IMG/VR virus record: IMGVR_UViG_3300032270_000152
Location: 1 to 41,631 of that record
DNA length: 41,631 bases
Origin: a virus
Taxonomy: Duplodnaviria; Caudoviricetes
Reading direction: 5' to 3' (one strand)
Shown here one piece after another: positions 1-7,355 of the stretch. The notes below the pieces were generated by a model. That model had not been told where the DNA came from and did not search any database. It saw only the letters and a program-made list of their open reading frames with translations. Numbering within the stretch: position 1 is the stretch's first letter; every line of letters starts with the position of its first letter. The position numbers and the translations under genes were made by a program.

Positions 1-22
1 CGCGTTGCAATGGAGCCTGCCA

Positions 23-244
23 ATGACTGAACTTTCACCACAAGCGCACGAAATTCTAAAAACAGCTTACAAAGCAACGCGAAACCCGCAGTGGCAAACA
101 AACTTTTATTCCAGCTATGCCGCCGCTATTCTTCGTACTGCTGCACAACAACTCCGTACTGCTTATGCCAATGAGGAGTATGTAGACAGTGCAGACGATT
201 ACCTTGATGACATTGCTAACGAGTTGGAGAAAACTAATGACTGA
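23..244 (+). CDS. hypothetical protein (MTELSPQA family, small-ORF array)
   Basis: ATG at 23 preceded by GGAG; LSPQA...AAAILRTAA...DIANELE resembles the neighbouring ORF. Confidence 0.75.
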   Translation: MTELSPQAHEILKTAYKATRNPQWQTNFYSSYAAAILRTAAQQLRTAYANEEYVDSADDYLDDIANELEKTND

Positions 245-533
245 CCTTACCCCCAACGATCTAAGCCATCTCAGCGATGAAGAGTTCAATGCACTGTGCC
301 CGCAGGGCTACCACGCACCAGGGCTAGCCATGCCTGACCTTTCACCACAAGCTCAAGCTGTTTGGAATGCTTTTCTTACTCATTCAGAGTGGGAGGTAAC
401 ACCTTCCGAACTTACTGGCCTTGCCGCCGCCTTTCGCGCTGCTGCGGATCACATCAATCACGACTGGTCGGGGTTCAACTGCGTTGACGCCTTGTGCGAA
501 ATCGCCGCCGAGTTGGAGGGGGCTAATGGCTGA
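237..533 (+). CDS. hypothetical protein (paralog of 23..244)
   Basis: ATGACTGA overlap with upstream stop; LSPQAQAV...AAAFRAAA...EIAAELE. Confidence 0.75.
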   Translation: MTDLTPNDLSHLSDEEFNALCPQGYHAPGLAMPDLSPQAQAVWNAFLTHSEWEVTPSELTGLAAAFRAAADHINHDWSGFNCVDALCEIAAELEGANG

Positions 534-624
534 CTTCTCCCTGGCGCCCTTCCGCCACTTTGATGGCATGTGCTGGCCCGCGCCCTCGAACAACTCCCCA
601 ACTAATTACCATGAAAAGCCTTGA
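526..624 (+). CDS. short hypothetical protein, possibly a truncated remnant
   Basis: ATGGCTGA overlap with GGAGG upstream; fills the gap between coupled genes; only 32 aa. Confidence 0.4.
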   Translation: MADFSLAPFRHFDGMCWPAPSNNSPTNYHEKP

Positions 625-775
625 CGACTACACAGCACTTGGCGCCATTGTCCTAGTGCTTTTACTGATGGTTGCAACAGCCTGGTGGTGGTTCCCCCAA
701 AAGTGGCAGGCGTGTGAACGGCTTTATGACAATAAACCAGCGCAGATTCTCTGCCTGCTGGCATCTAATGACTGA
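611..775 (+). CDS. small membrane protein
   Basis: Hydrophobic ALGAIVLVLLLMVATAWWWF segment; coupled to the next gene. Confidence 0.7.
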   Translation: MKSLDDYTALGAIVLVLLLMVATAWWWFPQKWQACERLYDNKPAQILCLLASND

Positions 776-1085
776 CCACCTAACCCAACGCGCTCAGCGC
801 TTGATTGAAGAGTTTGAGGAAGGCCAGGACACACGCCATGGTATTGCCAATGTGCTTACTCTCTTGGCTAACGCTTGGGAGAGCTACAGCGATGACGGCG
901 CCCTTGTAGGTGTTCGGTGTTCATTATTAGAAGAGATGGCAGAAGAGCTTACCGCTCCAACATTGATGGAACGCGCTTTGGCTGGCGACAAGGACGCTGC
1001 CAAGCAGTTTCTTTTTGAAGCTGGTTTTACTGACGAACACGGCCAACTCACTGGACCTTACAAATCGGAGCAAACTAATGACTGA
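768..1085 (+). CDS. hypothetical protein
   Basis: ATGACTGA junctions at both ends; MTDHLTQRAQRL... Confidence 0.75.
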   Translation: MTDHLTQRAQRLIEEFEEGQDTRHGIANVLTLLANAWESYSDDGALVGVRCSLLEEMAEELTAPTLMERALAGDKDAAKQFLFEAGFTDEHGQLTGPYKSEQTND

Positions 1086-1347
1086 CTCACGTTATCCCTA
1101 CACATACGCTTGCGATTGGATCCGGATGGCAGGACCCGTCGGATCGGAAGGTGTTGTGCTTTCTCGTTTTGATGCCTCTCGGATTCGTACATGTATTGCA
1201 TCTGCACTTGGCATGGATGACCACGAACTGGCTTGTAAACTTGCAGATGCTCAACTTACAAGTGAAGAAGACCCGGAAGTAGCTAAGCAGCAAGCACAGC
1301 GACTATTGGCTGCTCTCGGACACATATCACTGGAGGCCAATGACTGA
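1078..1347 (+). CDS. hypothetical protein
   Basis: GGAG plus ATGACTGA junction; MTDSRYPYTYACDWIR... Confidence 0.75.
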   Translation: MTDSRYPYTYACDWIRMAGPVGSEGVVLSRFDASRIRTCIASALGMDDHELACKLADAQLTSEEDPEVAKQQAQRLLAALGHISLEAND

Positions 1348-1681
1348 TTTCCGAGCGTTATGTACTGAGTTGATGGATGCCATCGACTCCGGCATTCCAG
1401 TCGAGCGCATCAAACAATCACCGCTTGCTGTTCGTGTTGACGCCGCCCTGGCCCAGCCCGAGCCGCAGGGGCTTAAGCCGACGGATGAGGAGATTGAAGA
1501 AGCGGCAAAGCTGATTCACGCCTCAATGCGTTTTGCCGTTCTTGACAACCACTACACCTGTGGCTGGGTAGAGCATGTCAACTCGCTAATGCAAGACGAA
1601 GCCAGAAGGACCGCCCGCGCCGTCCTCGCCCGCTGGGGCCGCCCTGCCATCGAGCCGGTGTCGGAGCCCCACAATGGCTGA
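1340..1681 (+). CDS. hypothetical protein (MTDFRALC...ARAVLARWG type)
   Basis: GGAGG plus ATGACTGA junction; termini resemble small cyanophage mosaic proteins. Confidence 0.75.
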   Translation: MTDFRALCTELMDAIDSGIPVERIKQSPLAVRVDAALAQPEPQGLKPTDEEIEEAAKLIHASMRFAVLDNHYTCGWVEHVNSLMQDEARRTARAVLARWGRPAIEPVSEPHNG

Positions 1682-1886
1682 ATTCAGCTCCTGCGTCGCT
1701 GGAGTGCGCCTGTCTGCACGCGATCGAGCGACTGCCTTGAGGCTTGGCAACGGCAACATCAGCCAAGGCGTGCGGTATGCGCTGCGGTTTGCTGCTGATG
1801 AACGCGCCAGTGTTGCGCCGCTGTCTGAGATCCTGCGGTCTGCCGCGAGGATGGCCGAGTCCCTTGAACAGAAACAAAAGGCATGA
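1674..1886 (+). CDS. small putative DNA-binding protein (ribbon-helix-helix-like)
   Basis: GVRLSARDRATALRLGNGNISQGVRYAL fits a strand-helix-helix pattern; ATGA overlap with thyX. Confidence 0.55.
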   Translation: MAEFSSCVAGVRLSARDRATALRLGNGNISQGVRYALRFAADERASVAPLSEILRSAARMAESLEQKQKA

Positions 1887-2512
1887 CCACCACCTTCATC
1901 CACTGCACGCCGAACGCTGAGCAGCTGATTGTCAAGATGGCCAGGGTCAGCAACCCGGCCAACGCCGACAACACGGCGACAGCGCCGAAGCTGTTGCAGT
2001 ACCTGATCAGGCACCGGCACTGGTCACCGTTTGAGATGGCCAGCCTGTGCATCAAGATCGAGACCGAGCGTGACATTGCGGCGCAGATTCTCCGGCACCG
2101 GTCGTTCAGCTTCCAAGAGTTCAGCACCAGGTATGCAGAGACCGGCCAGGCCGAGATCCCGGCATTTCGCCGGCAGGACACCGCCAACCGGCAGAACAGC
2201 ACCGACGACCTGGACCCTGAGGTGATCGATGTTCTGCAGATGGACGCCGGCGGTGTCATCGCCGCGGCCTTTCTGACGTACCAGACCATGCTGCTGCAGG
2301 GTGTGGCCAAGGAGACGGCACGCCGGATCCTGCCGCTTTGCACGCCGACCACGTTGTACATGCACGGCACACTTCGTAGTTGGCTGCACTACATCGAGGT
2401 TCGCACCGGGCCTGAGACCCAACTGGAGCACCGGCTGATCGCTGAAGGCTGCCGGGCGATCTTCGCCAAACAGTTCCCCACCATTGCCGAAGCCGCCTTT
2501 GAGGCGTCATGA
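1883..2512 (+). CDS. thyX: FAD-dependent thymidylate synthase ThyX
   Basis: HWSPFE, RHRSFSFQEFSTRY (RHRx7S motif), ETARRILP, TQLEHR. Confidence 0.97.
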   Translation: MTTTFIHCTPNAEQLIVKMARVSNPANADNTATAPKLLQYLIRHRHWSPFEMASLCIKIETERDIAAQILRHRSFSFQEFSTRYAETGQAEIPAFRRQDTANRQNSTDDLDPEVIDVLQMDAGGVIAAAFLTYQTMLLQGVAKETARRILPLCTPTTLYMHGTLRSWLHYIEVRTGPETQLEHRLIAEGCRAIFAKQFPTIAEAAFEAS

Positions 2513-2853
2513 GGTGCCGCTGGTGCAACGGCAAGGCCAGAGTTACCCACGTGACCCATCGCGCAGACGGTACGCATCGCTGGCTGCGGTGCTTCGACTG
2601 TGACGGCGGCTTCCGCACGCTTGAGGCCTATCTGATCCCCAAGCCAGGGCCGCCACTTGGCTCCAAGAAGTCCGGACCTGCCGCCAATGGATCACGCAAT
2701 GCAGCCTCAGTGCTGACCGAAGAAGACGTGACCCGACTGCGACAGATGGCAGCAGATGGGGTGATGCAAAAGGAAATCGCCCGGATCTATGGCATCATGC
2801 CCAATACGGTATCCCGTATCGTCAACCGCAAAGCTTGGAGACACATCCCATGA
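2509..2853 (+). CDS. NrdR-like zinc ribbon fused to a C-terminal helix-turn-helix
   Basis: MRCRWC...RWLRCFDCDGGFRTLE (two CxxC); QKEIARIYGIMPNTVSRIV HTH. Confidence 0.65.
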   Translation: MRCRWCNGKARVTHVTHRADGTHRWLRCFDCDGGFRTLEAYLIPKPGPPLGSKKSGPAANGSRNAASVLTEEDVTRLRQMAADGVMQKEIARIYGIMPNTVSRIVNRKAWRHIP

Positions 2854-3713
2854 CATCCGATCACATCAGGGACTACCTCAACGAAATCGCCCGCTATCCG
2901 CTGCTGACACCAGATCAAGAGATTCAGCTGTCACGGCAGGTGCATCGAATGCTGGAACTGGAGGCAATGCCAGGCGACCGGACGATGCGCGAAAAGCGTG
3001 AGATCAAGGTTGGCGCTCGTGCGCGTGACTCGATCATCCGCAGCAATCTGCGATTGGTGGTTCATATCGCAAAGCGCTACAACTCCAGGTTGCGCCATAA
3101 CAGCCTCGACATGATGGACCTAATCCAAGAAGGCGCCCTCGGCCTGCATCGCGCTGCGGAGAAGTTTGATGGCACCAAGGGTTACAGGTTTTCAACTTAT
3201 GCCTATTGGTGGATCAGGCAGGCGATCAATCGAGGCATTGACACGAAAGAGCGGCTGATCAGGGTGCCGCAACACATGATCGAGCGGATCTATTCAATCA
3301 CGAGGATACAATCCGAGTTTGCGCAAGAACATGGACGACATCCAAGCATCAAGGAGATCTCTGAGATCATTGACCTTCCAATGGATGAGCTGACGATGTT
3401 GCTACAACGCAATACAACGCATTCCAGTTTGGATTCACTGGCTGTTGAGGATGGCAGCGCATTGATTGACATGATACCCAGTCAAACCGACAACAGCGAC
3501 GATCTGACCAATGAATACTACGATCAGCTTCATCTGGCTTTTTTTAAGCTTGATCCAGCGGAGCGAGAAATCTTATCCGGTCAATACGGGCTGAATGATA
3601 CGCCACACATCACGATGCGGGAAATCGGTGAGCGCCAAGGCGTATCACGCGAACGGATCAGGCAGAAGATGGTGGTTGCGAAGCAAAAGTTACGTATTGC
3701 GCTCTGCCAGTAA
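2850..3713 (+). CDS. RNA polymerase sigma factor, RpoD/SigA family
   Basis: YLNEIARYPLLT (region 1.2); NLRLVVHIAKRY, DLIQEG, KGYRFSTYAYWWIRQAI (region 2); GVSRERIRQ (region 4.2); ATGA overlap. Confidence 0.95.
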   Translation: MTSDHIRDYLNEIARYPLLTPDQEIQLSRQVHRMLELEAMPGDRTMREKREIKVGARARDSIIRSNLRLVVHIAKRYNSRLRHNSLDMMDLIQEGALGLHRAAEKFDGTKGYRFSTYAYWWIRQAINRGIDTKERLIRVPQHMIERIYSITRIQSEFAQEHGRHPSIKEISEIIDLPMDELTMLLQRNTTHSSLDSLAVEDGSALIDMIPSQTDNSDDLTNEYYDQLHLAFFKLDPAEREILSGQYGLNDTPHITMREIGERQGVSRERIRQKMVVAKQKLRIALCQ

Positions 3714-3914
3714 GCCCTGCATCTCGATCTCTGCGATGTGACCGGTCGCCTGCTTGATGAGCCTAGACTGATAGGCGTTCTGCCTGATCAGGCTGGCACA
3801 TAGCTTGGCGACTGATTGCGAGTCATGGTGAGCCAGTGCGCAGCGGACTTGTTTCTCAATTTCAAGTTGCTCTTCAAGCGTCAGATTCACCACCATCCAT
3901 TGACCCCAGGCCAT
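3690..3914 (-). CDS. hypothetical protein
   Basis: MAWGQWMVVNLTLEEQLEIEKQ..., helical pattern; TAGAAT -10-like element upstream at 3935-3940. Confidence 0.7.
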   Translation of the reverse strand: MAWGQWMVVNLTLEEQLEIEKQVRCALAHHDSQSVAKLCASLIRQNAYQSRLIKQATGHIAEIEMQGLLAERNT

Positions 3915-3939
3915 GGCAGACAGGCATGATTCCAATTCT

Positions 3940-4083
3940 ATGCCAACCATCGAAAACATTGATGGCGTCTGGCGTATTGAGTACGCAGGTATTGTTAAAG
4001 AGCATCGCCAATACTGGCAGGCCGATTGGCATTACCAGCAGGCGATGCGCCTTTATTTAGCCTCGCGAAGCGGTGACAGTTAG
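3940..4083 (+). CDS. small hypothetical protein (not in ORF track)
   Basis: Manual translation MPTIENIDGVWRIEYAGIVKEHRQYWQADWHYQQAMRLYLASRSGDS; alternative in-frame ATG at 3913. Confidence 0.55.
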   Translation: MPTIENIDGVWRIEYAGIVKEHRQYWQADWHYQQAMRLYLASRSGDS

Positions 4084-4572
4084 ATCACCGTTGTATCTTC
4101 CGGTGATCGCATAGGACTTCTCAGGTCTGCCAGCAATGTGGTGAAATACCATCTGACCGATCTTCATCCCAGGCCACAATGCGATGTTGTGATACCGGCG
4201 GCTGTTGTGTAGTTCCAAAGTGAGACGACTGCCGTGCCATCCTGGATCGCAGTATCCGGCGAGCAGATGTTCGAGCCCTTCGCGTGCGCGGCTTGACTTG
4301 AGGACAAACTGCGCCGCGACAAAATCAGGCAGGTTGAAGATCTCCTGCGTCTCACCTAGTGCAAACTCACCAGGCGCCAGATAGTACGGGCTGGACTGAG
4401 TGTGATGGCTGATGTCGTACGGTTGAAGGTCCAGCGAATGCTTGACCTCCAGCATCAGGTTGTTGCCGAGCAGCACATCAAGGCTAGCAGGATTCTGAAG
4501 ATCTGGATTGTACGGAAGCACCATGGCTTCATGAATACACAATTCCCTGATCTCATGGTCTGGAATGATCAT
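4057..4572 (-). CDS. dcd: dCTP deaminase
   Basis: QNPASLDV, KSSRAREG, AGYCDPGWHG, LTLEL, PGMKIGQ; TGATG overlap with the endolysin stop. Confidence 0.93.
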   Translation of the reverse strand: MIIPDHEIRELCIHEAMVLPYNPDLQNPASLDVLLGNNLMLEVKHSLDLQPYDISHHTQSSPYYLAPGEFALGETQEIFNLPDFVAAQFVLKSSRAREGLEHLLAGYCDPGWHGSRLTLELHNSRRYHNIALWPGMKIGQMVFHHIAGRPEKSYAITGRYNGDLTVTASRG

Positions 4573-5159
4573 CAATAATCCCAACGAACGCGAGGTTGAC
4601 CTTTGCGGATGCCAAGGTGTACAAACCCCTTGGGCGCCCCATAGCCTACCGAGTACGGCCAAATACGATCGCAGAACTTCTGCACTTCGTAGATGTCGGT
4701 CTTCTCAACGTAGAAGTCAACGGCGCCGACGCTAGGTGCGTCGTATAGGTGCTCAGAGCTGCTGGCACCACCAACGCTGCGGTTGATGATTGGCGGCCTG
4801 TATCCGCTGGTGATGACCACGGTATTGTTCCCGAAGGTCATCCTGACGCGCTCCAAGAACTGCGCCAGCTTCAATGCCGTATCGCACTGGTGCTGATGAT
4901 CGAAGCGCCGAACTTCTTGGTAAAGCGCAAACTCGCCGTAGACGATGTTGGGCGTGATGCGGAAGTCGAAGGGACTGTCGGGCTTGAACTGCCCTGACTG
5001 GCTCCAGGTCTTGAACCATGGCCTGTCGCGGCGCATGGCGATGTTGTAGCCGGCAGTGAGGATGTCCTGCTCCAGTTCGGCGATGGCTGCCAGCTGGTGC
5101 GGCATTCCACGATTGAAGCGGAACAGCTGTTCCAGTGTGATCGGTGCGTTGTTAGTCAC
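4572..5159 (-). CDS. endolysin, peptidase M15 family
   Basis: ITSGYRPP..N..VGGASSSEHL...AVDF...GFVHL zinc-peptidase motifs; GTG start chosen by overlap with upstream stop. Confidence 0.9.
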   Translation of the reverse strand: MTNNAPITLEQLFRFNRGMPHQLAAIAELEQDILTAGYNIAMRRDRPWFKTWSQSGQFKPDSPFDFRITPNIVYGEFALYQEVRRFDHQHQCDTALKLAQFLERVRMTFGNNTVVITSGYRPPIINRSVGGASSSEHLYDAPSVGAVDFYVEKTDIYEVQKFCDRIWPYSVGYGAPKGFVHLGIRKGQPRVRWDY

Positions 5160-5325
5160 GTTCCCATGGAGAGTGGATACTGATCGGACCGCCAAGCAAA
5201 CGGCTGTCGCCAGTTTGCGCCTCAGTGTCAACCGGATGATGCTGGATCACCGGCTCAGGCATGGCTGGCGGCTGCGTGGCGTGCCAATCCTTGATGGCAG
5301 CGTCGAGCCGTGGCCCGACGGTCAA
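5152..5325 (-). CDS. Pro-rich lysis-cassette ORF; probable -1 frameshift extension of the holin, or TTG-initiated
   Basis: Open frame LTVGPRLDAAIKDWHATQPPAMPEP...SPWERD exactly fills the gap between holin and endolysin. Confidence 0.65.
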   Translation of the reverse strand: MTVGPRLDAAIKDWHATQPPAMPEPVIQHHPVDTEAQTGDSRLLGGPISIHSPWERD

Positions 5326-5334
5326 CGCTTTGGG
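5301..5334 (-). promoter_or_regulatory. putative -1 programmed ribosomal frameshift signal
   Basis: In-frame C CCA AAG heptamer, 7-nt spacer, then hairpin CGTCGGGC-CACG-GCTCGACG. Confidence 0.6.
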
Positions 5335-5465
5335 AAGGCAAGCCGCAGGAATTGGAGGACCAGCTGGATGATGCTGTTGGACTTGAGCGGGCTGATGCCG
5401 ATGATCTCACTAGCAGCTGCAACAGCAATGGCGATACCTGCTGCGGTGTTGGCGTCGATGCTCAT
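5322..5465 (-). CDS. putative holin (47 aa membrane protein, not in ORF track)
   Basis: MSIDANTAAGIAIAVAAASEIIGISPLKSNSIIQLVLQFLRLAFPKR: hydrophobic with a basic C-terminus, upstream of the endolysin. Confidence 0.7.
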   Translation of the reverse strand: MSIDANTAAGIAIAVAAASEIIGISPLKSNSIIQLVLQFLRLAFPKR

Positions 5466-5731
5466 GGGTTGACGTGATTGGTTGCTTCAAGCCTAGCGAT
5501 GCGTTGCTCAGCGGTGCCCAGGCGTCCGAACAGCTCTCGGCGGTCGGTACGCATGTCCTCGCGAATGGCTGTAAGCTCTGAGGCAATATGCTCGACGCCA
5601 GAAGAGAGTTTGGCGATGGCTAGGTTGGCCGCCTGGTCCTCTTGACCACGACGGTCCACCCATTTGGCAGCCTTGCCGCCCAAACCGCCCAAGAACAAAC
5701 AGGCCACGCCCACGATGAGGTTTTCAATCAT
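5462..5731 (-). CDS. membrane-anchored coiled-coil protein of the lysis cassette
   Basis: N-terminal hydrophobic helix followed by a heptad pattern; ATGA overlap with the holin. Confidence 0.75.
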   Translation of the reverse strand: MIENLIVGVACLFLGGLGGKAAKWVDRRGQEDQAANLAIAKLSSGVEHIASELTAIREDMRTDRRELFGRLGTAEQRIARLEATNHVNP

Positions 5732-5841
5732 GCCTGGTGCGTGGTCTCTATGTAAGTAGCCTACCTACCCTGCCCGCGTGAGCTTAGGCTTGTTAGGAAT
5801 GTGCTCGATGCGGGCAGCGCCGGTTTTGGATTTGACGGCCA

Positions 5842-6090
5842 TCAATCCAAGGGATGCAAGCTGGCTTGGTAGGCAGCGATCACCTCAGGCGTCCAGAGTG
5901 CAGCGGCAACTGCCTGCAGCTCGGGGCAATCGTCGCTCACGTCATCACCAGGGACGCGGGAATGGCGGTGGTAGGTCTTTCCAACTTGAACGCCATCACG
6001 CTCGACGATGTCGGCACGGCGGCATTGAATGACAGAATAAGGTGGGACGATCTCAATCTGATACTCAGAACGCTCGGTGAACTTAGCCAT
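5842..6090 (-). CDS. tail-fibre-associated small protein
   Basis: IQCRRADIVERDG...YHRH...VAAALWTPEVIAAY; GGAGG upstream; directly downstream of the fibre gene. Confidence 0.75.
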   Translation of the reverse strand: MAKFTERSEYQIEIVPPYSVIQCRRADIVERDGVQVGKTYHRHSRVPGDDVSDDCPELQAVAAALWTPEVIAAYQASLHPLD

Positions 6091-6152
6091 TAGGGTCAAC
6101 CTCCGGTTGAAACAGGTTTAGGCCGTAGTTTTGAGCCGTTGCGGGCTGGGAG

Positions 6153-7328
6153 TTATGCTGCTTGATAGGTAATTGTAGCAGTAAATGTTGCGGCTGTATC
6201 CATTGCAAGTGCAGCTGCCGTGCCATTGTTAACAGAGTTAATAGTTCCCGTTGTAGCGTTAGCAGTTACTAAGACAACTGGAATACCTGTAATGGTTAAA
6301 TTGTTAGCGTAAGCTACTGTTGTCGGGTTAAGGTTGGTAACGTTTGCAGAAGTAAACGGCAAACCACTAATGTTCATATTACCTGTGCCAGTGTGAGCTG
6401 ACCAAGTAAGGTTTAGATGTACTGTAACTTTGTTTCCAACTTTTGTGTACCTACCAACTTGCACTGAATAGGTTCCAGCACCTGCAAGTGTTGTGCCTGC
6501 AATTGCTGGTGTCCAAGTTCCTTCTTCATAATCATCTAATGTATTAACATCCGTACAAGCTACTTGAGTAGCAGGGAATGTAACACCGTTAGAAACTTGA
6601 AGTACACCACCGTTAGCAGTAGTAGTTGTAGTGCCGACTAATAAGTTACCAGTGGAGGCATCAAGACGCATCCGCTCAGTAACGGTGCCTGCGCCATCAC
6701 TGCTTACTGTACTTTGAGTGGAAATTTGAAGCGACCCATCTCCAGCTTGCCTGATTCTGGATGTAAAGTAGTTAGCCCCACCTCCAGTCCAACTTGTAAG
6801 ATTTAAATCGGTAGCATTCCCAGAAACAGGAATTGTCCCGACTGAAATTGATGCATAAGTAGTACCGCTACCATTTAAAAGAACATGATAAACTGCTGTT
6901 TGAAAACCAGATGTTGAAGTTGTACCGACCAATAACCTACCAGAACTATCAATGCGGACACGTTCTGTGCCGCCAGTGCTGATGGCGACCTGATCAGCTC
7001 CAGGACTGTAGATGCCAGTGTTAAGGTCGCCAGTGAATGTGATGCCTGGTGTGCTGGCGCTACCCAATGCAGCAGTAAGGGTTCCAGCTGAGGCCAGTAA
7101 CCCTAAGTTGGTGCTGGCTAGGGTGCCAACTGTTACCCATGCCGTATTGGCCGCATTGCGAATCTTCAGCAGCCCAGTTGTTGTGTCTGACCACCACATA
7201 TAGGGGTAGGCTGTAGCGGGCGCAGTGGCGCTGCTGTTGTTGCTGACGATTGCCGCCAGCGCATCATTCAGGTCGCTGCGTACTGCAGCGCCTGATCCAT
7301 TGGCAATGACGTAATCGTGAGTGGCCAC
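6153..7328 (-). CDS. tail fibre / receptor-binding protein
   Basis: N-terminal HDYVIANGSGAAVRSDLN; two ERxRxDxxG.LLVGT repeats; LDDYEEGTWTP; Gly/Thr-rich; follows gpJ. Confidence 0.85.
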   Translation of the reverse strand: MATHDYVIANGSGAAVRSDLNDALAAIVSNNSSATAPATAYPYMWWSDTTTGLLKIRNAANTAWVTVGTLASTNLGLLASAGTLTAALGSASTPGITFTGDLNTGIYSPGADQVAISTGGTERVRIDSSGRLLVGTTSTSGFQTAVYHVLLNGSGTTYASISVGTIPVSGNATDLNLTSWTGGGANYFTSRIRQAGDGSLQISTQSTVSSDGAGTVTERMRLDASTGNLLVGTTTTTANGGVLQVSNGVTFPATQVACTDVNTLDDYEEGTWTPAIAGTTLAGAGTYSVQVGRYTKVGNKVTVHLNLTWSAHTGTGNMNISGLPFTSANVTNLNPTTVAYANNLTITGIPVVLVTANATTGTINSVNNGTAAALAMDTAATFTATITYQAA

Positions 7329-7355
7329 GAATCAATCGCACATTATGAACCCAGC

